Shown here: positions 38,166 through 49,689 of the stretch, piece by piece
Position numbering within the stretch: position 1 is the stretch's first letter
Layout: each line of letters begins with the position of its first letter
Assembly (NCBI RefSeq): GCF_004010195.1
Contig: NC_057720.1
Coordinates: 25,162,736 to 25,213,976 of the forward strand
Reading direction: 5' to 3'
Source of the DNA: Chiloscyllium plagiosum
Taxonomy: Eukaryota
DNA: 51,241 nt
Notes under the pieces: generated by a model
Told to the model about the DNA's origin: nothing
What the model saw: only the letters and a program-made list of their open reading frames with translations
Databases searched by the model: none
Made by a program: the position numbers and the translations under genes

Positions 38166-38894
38166 TCTGTCAAAGATTAAAGATGAACTAAGTCATTGTT
38201 TGTAAATGAGCTGAAATGCCAAACTGATTTATTTATTATTGCACGAAGTGTTGCGGGATGTATGAGTGTGTAAAAAATTGAAGTCGACATTTCTCCATCC
38301 GTGGTACACTCGGGACTGTGTTGCATTTAGTTGGATAAAGATGGGCACTTAATTAATGTTTGTTGGGTGCTAGGTACTTGGCTTAATTGTACTCATCCAT
38401 CTTTTTGTCCACTAACAGAACATGTTGGTGAAATTGTCGGCTTGAATTGACTAGGATCTATTCATCTCCCCATTAATTGCTTTAATTAAAATACAAATCT
38501 TTCCAAGTCCAGCTGTGCAAAGCTGCAGGTGCAATAATCTACAACAGCGATTTTTACGACTGGAATTATTGCATTAGCCTCTCTCCAGCAGATTACTGAG
38601 ATTTAGCCAGGGTGAACCTCCACAGACTCTCAGGTGCACCAATATCTGTGAATCTGGATAATATTTGAGCAACAACCTAAAAGCTAGAGCTTTTCCTTTT
38701 GCCAGTATCACCTGTCCTGTAAGAATCATTAAGATGCAAGACGACATGGTCAAGAGGTTAAGGTGACGAATTGCTAATCTATTATGTTGTACTCGTGTGC
38801 CTTCTGAGCCCCACTCTTGTTGCTGCTTCAGTAAATGCTTGATCCATGCAGGCTTATGCAATACCTGTATGAGCTTATCCTAATCAATGTACAA

Positions 38895-39012
38895 GGACCC
38901 TCTTGTGGCTCAGTGGTAGTCTTTCTACCCCTGGACTGAGAGACCCGGGTTTAAGACCCACCTGCTCCAGAGGTCTGTACTAACATCTCTGAACAGGTTG
39001 ATTAGAAAAATA
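38895..39012 (+). mobile_element. Short tRNA-derived SINE
   Basis: A box tggctcagtgg and B-box-like gggtttaagacc, then a short body and A-rich end; no full cloverleaf. Confidence 0.6.
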
Positions 39013-39829
39013 GGTTAATTTTACAAAAACAAAAAATTAATTGATGTGAATCACATTTTTAAAAAAGAGCCATTAAGCTATTATTCTGTTGTTTAATCGA
39101 AAAGAGATGAAATCTCTCTGTTTAGTGAGAGAAGCATATGTAGAAAGTTTAATGAAATTCTAAAATAATTTTCAATTAAATGACATGACTAAACTTTCAA
39201 CACTTGATGAGCAGTAGCCAAGATCTTTATCATCATATGCTCCTTCATCTTGATTATCCAGTGATGGATTTAATTTGTGTCACAGTTCAAGCATGTAATG
39301 CTTTTTGGGGAACAAATTTCTAATTGTGTGGCAGACTGCTGATTACAGCGAGACAACTATTCATGTAATTTGGTCTGTCAACTCATTTGATATTGGAACT
39401 TGATTCACTGGAAGTGGTTAACATGTAGACATGATGGCAAATGTCCCACAAGTTAGGAGCCTTTTAAAGTTCAAGGAATGAGTAGAAACCTTTTAAGCTT
39501 ATAAATATAACCTGTGAGGAGCTTAATAGGGAGGGTGATCCCTTCCAATATGTGTTATGATCCCAGGCAATGTTATTACTGGACAAGTCAGATCCCAGAT
39601 TGAAATCTGGCATGATAGATCATTGTTTATGTTTTGGATTTTGTGAGGTGTCTTCTCACTGAGACAGGAGCATGTAGTGTTGCAGATTTTAACAATAAGA
39701 TACAAATTTAAGTAAAAGAAGTAAAGAAATTAAGGTAAAATAGAATAAACTAATCTATTTAGTTATGACACAAATTCAAAGAGTTTTAAGTATAAACCCA
39801 TTGATCCAAAAACACAAACTGGTGAAGCT

Positions 39830-41285
39830 ACCAAACAAGACTACTTGCATGCCAAATAGCATGAGAACCAAGTGATAGAGAGAGCGTGGCAATCCAACTA
39901 ACAGCTCAGATCTAAGCTCTGCAGTCCTATCACATCAAGTCATGAATGGTGGTGAACACTTAAACAACTCACTGGAGGAGGAAGCTCCACAAATATCCCC
40001 CTCCTAAATGATGGAAGAGCTCAACACACCAGTGCAAAAGATAAGGTTGAAGCATGCGCAGCAATCTTCAACTAAATGATTGATTCTAAGCCTCCTTCAG
40101 TGATCCCTCAAATCACAGTTAACCAGTCTTCAGCCAATTTGATTCACTCCATGTGGTAGCAAGAAAAAATTGTAGGGACTGGATACTGCCAAGGCTATAA
40201 GTCCTGACAACATTTCGGCAATAGTACTGAAGAGCTGTGCTCCACCTGCCACACACCTACATTACAGTTATAACACTGACATCTACTTGATAATTGCCTA
40301 AGTATTCCCTCTACACACAAAGCAGGACAAATGCAACCTGTCTAATTATCGCCCCATCAGTCTACTCTCGATCATCAGTAATGGAAAGTGTCAACAGAAG
40401 TGTTACCAAGCAGCACCAGCTCAGCAATAAATTGCTCACTGATGATCAGATTAGGTTCTGCCAGGGCCAATCAGCTCCTGACATCATTATAGCCTTAGTT
40501 CAAACATGGACAAAGAGCTGAGCTCCAGAGATGAGGTTACAGTGACAGTCTTTGATATCAAGGCTGTATTTGTGTGGCATCAAGGAGTTCTAGTAAAAAT
40601 AGTTAAGTAGCTGTCGGGGCAAAAACTCTGTTGATTGGAGTCATACCTGGAACATGGGAAGATGGTTGTGGTTGTTGAGGTCCGTCATCTCAGCCCCATC
40701 GTATTGCTGCAGGAGTTTCTCAGGGTCATGGCTTAAGCCCAACCATCTTCAGCTGCTTCGTTAATGACTTTCCCTCGATCATAAGGTCAGAAATGGGGGT
40801 GTTCGCTGATGATTGCACAGTGTTGAGCACCATCTGACTCCTCAGATCCTGAAGCAGTCCATGTTCAAGTGCAATAAGATCTAGACAATATTGAGGCTTG
40901 GCCGATAATTAGTAACTAACATTGGCACCACACAAAAATCAGCCTATGACCGTAACCACTGCCCCTTGATATTCAATGGTATTATTATCACAGAAGCCTC
41001 CACTCTCAACATCCTTGAAGTTACCATTCACCTGAAACTCAACTGGACTTGCCATATAAACATACTGGCTACAAGAGCAGTTCAGAGACTAGGAATACTG
41101 CAGTGAGTACTTCACCTCCTGACTCCCCAAAGCCTGTCTGCCATCTACAAGTCAGGAGTGATGATGGAAAACTCTATGCAGCTCCAGCAACCCTCAAGAA
41201 GCTTGACAGCAGCCAAGATAAAGCATCCCACTTGATTGTCATCACATCTACCAACATTCAGTCCCTCCACCACCAACAGTCAACA
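39830..41285 (+). mobile_element. Old CR1/L2-class LINE RT fragment
   Basis: aattatcgccccatcagtcta (NYRPISL), caggagtttctcaggg, ttcgctgatgat (FADD); many stops. Confidence 0.85.
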
Positions 41286-41932
41286 ACAGGGTTTGTTTAA
41301 AGCTTATGGCACACACTAAGTTGAGAAAGTTCTCACAAACTTTGAAACACAACAGATTGCCTTGCTAAGTGATAAAATCCTCAAGTAAGTGCAAACTCAT
41401 TAGGCTCAAAGTAACACTTACAAACTGGTTTAAAAGCAATAAACATAACTACAGATATGTATACACGTTAATAACTAACACGCAACCTGATATGTTACTA
41501 ACTAATAATTCTAAACCAATCTTAAAATAAATGATATTGCTGTATCACATGGTTTAATTCACAAATTTAAGAACAGAAAGATGTAATATTGCAATGGATA
41601 ATTAATTACTGGAGCAGTGTTACTGGAGCAGTGTGGAGCCAGGGCCTGGTGTGAACTGGAAGCAAGATGCCAGCGTGGTCTGTTGTACTCAACTTCTTTT
41701 TCTGTAAAGCTGGACGTTTTCTTTCTCTACTGTCTTATGATTTTGTAACTGAAGAGGCTATGCCTAGGTACTTTTCTTGGCACTGTAATTGGAGACGTAT
41801 AAACTTTTCAGTATACACATTGAGTATATGTGAGAATAAAGGCTATTCTGGTCATTGAGTGTTGGAGCATTCAGAGATGAGAGTGCTTGTAAAGCTCTCC
41901 AATATTGGCTTTAATAGAACCTTGCCTCTTAC

Positions 41933-42246
41933 AGAATCAGAATCATAGAATCAGTGTGAAAGCAGGCCAGTCGACCTTCGAGTCCACAACAACCCTCCAA
42001 AGAGCATCCAACTCAGATCCACTCCCCTACCCTATCCCTGTCATCCTGCATTTCCCATAACTAATCTGGCTAGCCTGGACACTATGGGCATGGCCAATTC
42101 ATCTCACCTGCACATCTTTAGACTGTGGGAGGAAACTGGAGCACCCGAAGGAATAATGTGCAAATTCCACGCAGATAATCGCCTGAAGCTGGAATTGAAC
42201 CTGGGTCCTTGCCGCTGTGAGGTAGCAGTGCTACCCACTGAGCCGT
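41933..42246 (-). mobile_element. HE1-type V-SINE (older copy)
   Basis: Head ggctcagtgggtagcactgct...ggttcaattcc; core and tail as at 26.3 kb. Confidence 0.88.
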
Positions 42247-42924
42247 TCTTATATCTGCACAGTCATTAGGTCAACTACTGCACCATCTTATAATTTATCA
42301 AGAATATGTCTAATGACTCATTGTGTTGGTTTGAATAATAGTTTTGTTGTATGATGACAGCATAACTGACTGATCCAAGTAGATAATGACATATAAATGG
42401 ATAGTTATTAGCTGTACTGAAAAATACAGCTTAGAACAGCTCACAAATAAATTAATAAACCAGCTTTTACGTTCTTTTTAATTCATTTTAAGTTGATGAT
42501 TATTTATAGAAGTGCTTTAAAATCACCTAATATTGTGGTCTAAAGCTCTTAAGAGTACAACATTAATAAACATCTTATCCACACAGGCTGTAATATTATT
42601 TATGAAGGATAGTATAGCTCCATCAAGCTTTTAAGGATATTTCTGTTGTGTCTTCAGTTCCTGGAGGGAAAGAGAGAGAGAGATGTAAGCTGCTGTTGCT
42701 CCAGTGGGTGTTGGGATTGGCCTAAGCTTCCCAATTTTCTTCCAAGATACTTTACTTACACTTAACATTTCCTTACATGATGTAGCAATGGTCTTGCAAC
42801 TTGTTATAATGAGGAGTCTGGCATGAATGTACATTTCCTTTTAATTCATTTGTGGGATGTATGCTGTGCTAGCAATGCCAACATTGGTTACCTATCTTAA
42901 TGTGCTCTAGAACTGAGTGACCAG

Positions 42925-43768
42925 GTTGCAAGTTTGCTCGCTGAGCTGGTAGATTGTTTTCAGATGTTTCATCACAACACACTGCAGCACCCAGGAACTA
43001 CAAGAAGCCAAGGAAAAACACCTATACAACGTTTTCAAGAACAGCAGGTACCTGATAACCGTATTCTGCCGATTCCTACACAACAGACCTAAACAAGAAG
43101 AAACAACTCGCCCAGAGACTCTAGCCACACTGCCATACATTAAAGACATCTCGGAGATGACGACCAGACTACTCTGGCCCCTAGGCATCATGGTAGCCCA
43201 CAAACATACCACCATACTGAAACAGCTCCTGATGAATTTAAAGGACCACACATCAGCAACCAGCAGAACAAACATCATATACAAAATACCTTGCAAGGGC
43301 TGCAACAAACATTACTTTGGACAGACGGGCTGGGAACTAGCCACCAGGATACATGAGCACCAACTAGCCACAAAAAGACATGACCAGCTATCACTAGTAT
43401 CCATACACACAGACGACGAGGGACACCAGTTCAATTGGGACAATACATCCATCCTGGGACAGGCTAAACAAAGACCTGCACGGGAATTCCTAAATGCTTG
43501 GCATTCAAACCAGAACTCCATTAACAAACATAGATTTGGAGCTCATTTGCCAACCTTTTAGAAACAGAACCAAAAGTGATATCACCCACCACAACAAACC
43601 GAGATAGATAAATAGCAAGCAGGACAGAACATTAATGCTTCACAGGAGGCTCACTGATGATGTTACCAAGCATGGTGCCGAAACATCTTGAGAACAAATC
43701 TTTCAGCTCAGCAAGCAAACTTACAACCTGATCCACAACATGAGCTAAAACTCTTCTCCAGAATCGCA
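42925..43768 (+). mobile_element. 5'-truncated Poseidon-type Penelope-like element with inverted partial pLTR and 14-bp TSD
   Basis: GIY-YIG ORF (TLPYIKDISE...NIIYKIPCKGCNKHYFGQTG...RIHEH); ~42922-42975 is the reverse complement of ~43675-43730; TSD aactgagtgaccag at 42911-42924 and 43769-43782; inserted into a tRNA-SINE. Confidence 0.92.
43650..43692 (+). ncRNA. Minimal hammerhead ribozyme motif of the Poseidon PLE, partly decayed
   Basis: ctca-CTGATGA(43654-43660)-t-gttacca agca tggtgcc-GAAA-catc-ttgag. Confidence 0.65.
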
Positions 43769-44346
43769 AACTGAGTGACCAGCTGAGTCATTTCAGAAAT
43801 TTTTTACTATGGTTCTTTAGTTCCTCAGACATGCTCAGGCCAGCCCCTCAAGTACTTCTTCAAGTAGTTTTTATTAACAGTATATACCTGATGAGCCATT
43901 GCTGAAACAACCTTATAACAGACAAACTGACACATGACTGCAGTTAAGTTACATCACTTACCTTAGCTCAGCACCTCACATTTGTAAAACCCTATCATTA
44001 GAGTCACATGTGATGAGGATGGCAGTTATCATTCTGTAAATGACTTTAGTGAACCAGATGGTTTAATGATAGTAGATAGTTATTATTAGCATGGTTAGCA
44101 ATACAGAATCAAATTTTATATTTCAGATTGAATTAAATTTCCTTTGGCTGTTGTGGTGGGATTTGAACCTGTGCCTCAGAACATTAGCCTAGATCTCTGG
44201 ATTACCCGTGGTATTATCATTGGACCACTATCTCTGCAATCTTATTGTTCCCATATGCTGCATCACCATTATACTTTATTTTGTTACCCTTAATGATAAC
44301 TGGATACTAGTGTTGACTTGTTTATGTATCTTATCTACTCACGCAG

Positions 44347-44479
44347 GATGTCCTTCCGTACAACAGTGTTCTGTTGATATTGGTTCCCGATTTTTACTCA
44401 GCTCCATTCTCACTGAGATTGTGAATTTGATCAGCAGTCTTGCCACTGACACAACTGTTAAAATCTTTGAAAAAATTAG
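44347..44479 (+). CDS. SZT2: SZT2 internal coding exon (window exon 12)
   Basis: cacgcag| ... ttag|gtaagt; phase 1-2; (G)CPSVQQCSVDIGSRFLLSSILTEIVNLISSLATDTTVKIFEKI(S). Confidence 0.96.
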
Positions 44480-45343
44480 GTAAGTTTCAATGCTTTTATA
44501 TTTTGAAACTCTGCATCCATCTCTATTGTTTGAATTCCAGTTAAAGTAATATGAAGGTATTGCTGAGCCATTTTGCATCTCTGTATAGATAGATCAAAGA
44601 CAAGTTGCTTCTATTGCTCTTTGTGGCATGAGATTTTCTCTGCTTACTTGGTAATGGTTGTTTTTCACCTTCACTTGATGTGGGTCTATTGCTGTTGCCA
44701 ACTCAAGGTTTGTAGTACATAAGAAGGCACATCTTAGTTATGTATTGCAAATGAGTCCTGCTCTGTTTGTTTCTCTCTTCTCCCTTTCCACATCCAGCGT
44801 GCCCTGTGCAGTTGTCTATGAAAAATAAATTATACCCATCCTCTCAGAATTCAGAACTGATATATGCAGCTAAGACATCGCACACGTCTGATGAAAGTGC
44901 TTTTCAAGTTCTGCAACAATGAGAGTTTGTTCTCTTACAGAAGGGTTAAGAATTTTGCAAGGGTTTTTTAGATTGGAATAGTGCTTGCTGTGATTTGCTA
45001 CTTTCCTCTGGAATAGTATAGACTGATCATTGTGGCTTCAAATTAATCGCCAGCTTCATAAAGTGGAGGTTTAGTATGGGAAACTCCTTTGCTCAACCCC
45101 TATTCCACAAACAATTCCAAAGTTGGTGACTGTGCCTTCAGTCTTCTGGACTTGCTTTCTAGAATCTCCTTCCTTAAGGTCATTCCTATAGTCCTAAAGC
45201 TTTTGCTCGCCCTCATTCTCATTGAATCACTGCTTCAGAAAGACTGTAGGACACTGCATCCACAAGAATGTTAATTTTTCAGATGTTAATGCCCTTTTTG
45301 AATCAAAGTGTAATGCTGTATTCATTACTTTTTCGTATTTTAG

Positions 45344-45471
45344 TTCTCCGCATGGTTCCACTTTCCTGCCATATTGTCTCAGTCAACACTCCTCTACTCG
45401 GCCTGGTTCAGCCAGACAATTCATTCTGATTGGACGTAATTTCCACCAGTGGCGTTACAGTACAGAACAAG
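45344..45471 (+). CDS. SZT2: SZT2 internal coding exon (window exon 13)
   Basis: attttag| ... caag|gtatgg; phase 2-1; SPHGSTFLPYCLSQHSSTRPGSARQFILIGRNFHQWRYSTEQ. Confidence 0.95.
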
Positions 45472-46330
45472 GTATGGATGTGTTCTGACTCGTACTGGTT
45501 TGGTTTGCTACATCTCCTGGATAATACATTTATCTAGCTGAGTGCATAGTACGAATCCAAATTAATTCTTGCAATAGTTGGTTCAGCAGGCAAAGTTAAT
45601 AGTGCCCAGATGTCAAATGAATCTAATCGTTGCATATCTTTATATAGTGTAACATCAGTAATGGGGAAATATTAGAGTCTATTATAAAAGACGTGAAAGC
45701 AAAACACTTGGAAAGCATTAATAGGATCAGACAAAGTAATCGTGGGCATATGAAAGGGAAATAATGTTTAACTAATGTAATGGAATTTTTTGAGCATGTA
45801 ACTAGTAGAATAGATAAGGGTGAGCCGGTGGATGTGGTGTACTTGGATTTCGAGAAGGCTTTAGAAAGGCTTCCACATAAGGGGCTATTGGGAAAAGTTA
45901 AAGCACACAAGATTGAGGTATTAAACTGGCATGGATTGAGAATTGATTGATGGATCAGAAACAGAAAGTGGACATAAATGGACCTTTTTTTCAGGTGGCA
46001 AGTGTGACTAATGGCTTATCATAGGGAACAGTGCTTGGATCTGTATAAATTGACATGAATGAGGGAAGTAAATGCAATATTTGATGACAACACAAAACTA
46101 GGTGGGATTCTGAGTTTTGAGGATGCAAGGAAGCTTCAGGAAAATGTATACAAATTGTGTGTGCGGGCAAATGCAGTATAGCATGCATAAATGTGAAGTT
46201 ATGCACTTTCGTGTGAAAATCAATAAGGCAAAATATTATTTAAATAGTGATATTTTGGGAACATATATGTACAAAGGGTTCTGGGTATCTTGTACACAAG
46301 TCAATAAAAGTAGACAGTCGGATACAGCAA

Positions 46331-46545
46331 GGTAAAAACAATGACTGCAGATGCTGGAAACCAGATTCTGGATCAGTGGTGCTGGAAGAGCACAGCAATT
46401 CAGGCAGCATCCGAAGACAGGCAAAATCGACATTTCGGGCAAAAGCTTTTTATTCCTGATGAAGGGCTTTTGCCCGAAACGTCGATTTTGCCTGTCTTCG
46501 GATGCTGCCTGAATTGCTGTGCTCTACCAGCACCACTGATCCAGT
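46331..46545 (-). mobile_element. PLE-derived fold-back element B with 14-bp TSD
   Basis: TSD gtcggatacagcaa at 46317-46330 and 46546-46559; 79-bp inverted arms 46368-46446 and 46466-46544 (2 mismatches); tail on the left, so opposite orientation to A and C. Confidence 0.93.
46452..46487 (+). ncRNA. Minimal type-I hammerhead ribozyme motif, intact core
   Basis: attc-CTGATGA(46456-46462)-a-GGGC tttt GCCC-GAAA-CGTC(46483)-gatt; core identical to 24938-24965. Confidence 0.75.
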
Positions 46546-46973
46546 GTCGGATACAGCAAACAATTCAAAAGGCATGCGGTACATTGGCCATTGTAGAAGG
46601 ATTTGAGTTCAGAAGTAGGAGGCAGTTTCTTGCTGCAGTTATACAGAGTCTTAATAAGATTGCATCTGTAATATTGTTTGCAGCTTTGGTCTCTATACCT
46701 AAAACATTATATAGTTGCTATAGAGGGAGTGTAGTGAAAGGTCACTAGGGTGCTGCTGCGGGTGACAGGAATGTCCTATGAGGAGAGATTGGTCAACTGG
46801 GCATGTATTCACTCAAGTTGAGAAGAATAAGAGGGAATCTGATTGAAACATATAAAGTTCTAACAGGGCTAGACAGACTTGATGCAAGAAGGAAGTTTCC
46901 CTGTGTTGGGAAGTCTAGAACCAGGGGTCAAAATCTTAGGATATGGATGGGCCATAGACTGAGATGAGGAAAC

Positions 46974-47200
46974 GGGGGTCTAGATTAGAGTGGTGCTGGA
47001 AAAGCACAGCAGGTCAGGCAGCATTCAAGGAGCAGGAAAATCGACGCTTCGTGCAAAAGCCCTTCAGGAATTCCTGATGAAGGGCTTTTGCCCAAAACAT
47101 CGATTTTCCCTTTCTTCGGCTGCTGCCTGACCTGCTGTGCTTTTCCAGCACCACACTAATCTAGACTCTGGTTTCCAGCATTTGCAGTTCTCACTTTTGC
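46974..47200 (+). mobile_element. PLE-derived fold-back element C with 15-bp TSD and mutated hammerhead
   Basis: TSD ctgagatgaggaaac at 46959-46973 and 47201-47215; arms 46978-47070 and 47071-47166 centred on aggaattcct; ctgatgaagggcttttgcccaaaacatc has G12 to A and GUC to AUC changes. Confidence 0.92.
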
Positions 47201-48286
47201 CTGAGATGAGGAAACATTGCTTCGTTCAGAATGTGGTCAGTTTGTGGAATTTGCGACCACCAGGCTGTCGAGGCTGCGTTACTGAGTAGATTCTAGGAAG
47301 AGATTGCTAATTAGGGACATAGAGAGAAAGAGAGAAGATGCCATTGAGGTAGAGGATCAGCCATAGTCATGCTGAATGACAAAACAGGCTCAAATCAAAA
47401 GAGTAAATGGCCTAGTTTTTATGTTTCTAAATTCACAAAGGTAAACTATAAGATTTGAATTTTAATGCTTAAGTACACATCAGAAATGTTGATCAGTTGT
47501 AATGCGGTCAATGTTATAGTAAAATTGGAATCTTTGTCAACTGTCATCAGTCTTTTTTTTACAATAAGGATATAATGCGCATTAAGCATCGCCTTTGTAC
47601 AACAGAAACCTGGATTCCTGGACAGGATTGATAATTTTACTCTGTGAAATGAGCTGTTTTGCATGTTGCTTTTGTTGCTGCAACAAGGTTTGAATCCAGA
47701 AATGAGGAGGTGAAAATCTTCTTGCATTGTCGTGACTGCTAATTGTGACATGTGGGAGAGAACGAAGGGAAAGAAAGCCATTTTAAATGTCTCAGCATAT
47801 CCAATTTGAAATTTAAAAATACATTGCAGGAATTCTTGAAACATTTAAATTGAATAATTATGTTAGCTTTTCTTGCTGAGAAGTCAGAATTTTCCTAATG
47901 CATAATAAATTACTTCCCAGTAAATGGCTTTTGAGAAATTGTCGGCACCCAGACTGTCTCCATGTTTCATTCTAAAATAAAGTTTAATAATCGATGTATC
48001 ACAGACCATTTTGAAATGTGGTAATCATAAAAATATAGTATTTAAATATAGCAATCAATCAATTTGGCATGCATTGTTATACAATAAGGGTACTAATTTA
48101 CAGATAAAATCTTTTTCAGTAAATTAAATTAAATAACTTACCTGTCCAATTGCTGAGTGAAGTTTCTACTTTAGTATTTGAATCATTGGGTGTCCTAGTG
48201 AATTCAAGTACTTAACTGCCATAACTGTTAGTTTTCTTTGTCATACTCTGCTATGTTGTTCCTGCTCATATTTTATGTGCCTACAG

Positions 48287-48334
48287 TTGACTGTGATGGT
48301 GGTGAAAACAGACCTTTGGTAAATAGTGTCAAAC
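48287..48334 (+). CDS. SZT2: Candidate 48-nt symmetric cassette exon of SZT2
   Basis: ttttatgtgcctacag| ... aaac|gtaagt; phase 1-1 matches the upstream exon; open frame (V)DCDGGENRPLVNSVK; no recalled human counterpart. Confidence 0.5.
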
Positions 48335-49039
48335 GTAAGTCTCACCAAATGATTTTATGGTGATTATGGTGGTGGGTTACACTTGTTAAAGATATCAGAA
48401 TGTTATGCTATTCAGCTTCTAATTTCTGTATTTCAATGAAACCACAGATATGAGTGTAACAAATAGCAAGATCATATTTGTGGTCATCTCTAAAGTTAAG
48501 ATGATAAGAGCATAGAAATGGGAGGACATGCAGATGGTGCACTGCATCACTTAATGCTATCATGGCTGATCCTCTGACCCAATTCTGTTCAAATTGCTTG
48601 GTTTCCTTAGAGACCAAAACATATCAAGCCAAATCTTAAATATGCTCAAGGTTGAAACATATGTAATAGCATCTGAATAGTTTGCTCATTTTCCCCAATT
48701 GAAAATGCCATATGTGTATAGAGCTACAACAAAAATCGCCTCATGTTTTGATGTGCCAAACACTGGTGATCTGTATTAACTACCATACATTACCCCAAGC
48801 AGCTGCAATCATTTCGTACTGCTCCATTGTTTCTCTTGGTGGTGTTTTTGGCACCATGTTGCGCAGCACCTAGAAGCTGCAGTTTCATTTTGCAGTGACA
48901 ACTTCATTAATGTTGGAATTGTCCAATATCTCTCCTCCTCTACACAAACAATTTTTCTTTGCTAATTAATGTGAAAAGCTACGAGCCTGACAACAAGATA
49001 GCTGAATTGTAGAAGACTTCTTTTTACTAGCCGTGTAGC

Positions 49040-49445
49040 TAGCTAATTTGTTCCAGTAGAACTACAGTGCAGGAGTACCTGACAATACAAAAAATTGCCC
49101 AGCTCTACCCTGTCAGCAAATAAGAACAAATCTAACCTTCTCCTATCAGCTCACTTCCAATCATTAACAAAGTGATGGAAGGAGTAGTCAACCATGCTAT
49201 GAAGCAATTTTACTCACAAGTAACCTGTTCACTGATGTTCGGTTTGGGTTCTGTCAGATTTGTTCAACTTCAGACATTTTTACTGCCTTGATCCAAATAT
49301 GGATATGGGCTAATCCCCAAAGGTGAGGTGTAATTGATTACCCTTGATCTGAAGATAGTAGTTAACTGATGTTCTAATGAGGAAACTAAATAATACTGTA
49401 GTCCATGAGGATTGCGGGAAAATTCTTTAGTTGCTAGATTCATAC
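49040..49445 (+). mobile_element. Old LINE RT fragment, same family as 39830-41285
   Basis: Collinear with ~40215-40645 (e.g. aaagtgatggaaggagtagtcaac, ttcactgatgttcggtttgggttctg). Confidence 0.65.
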
Positions 49446-49689
49446 AATTTCTTTCCTTGTGCTAGGTATCTTTTGTTTTGTTCATTCATGGGATGTGGGT
49501 GTTGCTGGCTAGGCCAACATTTGTTGCGTATCCCTAATTGCGATTAAAATAGTGGTGGTTGCCCCCTTCAACCTTTGCAGTCTATGGTATAACCACAGGT
49601 CTGTTAGGCAGTGAAGAAATGACAATTACAGTTTCAGGTTACAATTATGTGGTAGTGTTTCCTTGCATCTGTTGCCTTTCTAGGTAGTA

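Larger units (their letters stand above)
45655..47428 (+). mobile_element. Older CR1-class LINE (RT to 3' end) hosting two fold-back insertions
   Basis: gtggatgtggtgtacttggatttcgagaaggct (VDVVYLDFEKA), aaatgtgaagttatgcacttt (KCEVMHF), CR1 3' region. Confidence 0.88.

Noticed and set aside
41749..41772. ctgaagaggctatgcc hairpin after CUGANGA
   Set aside because: No GAAA follows.
43884..43920. ctgatgagccattgctgaaac hammerhead-like string
   Set aside because: Only a 2-bp stem II, no NUH with stem I pairing, and no pLTR context; likely chance.
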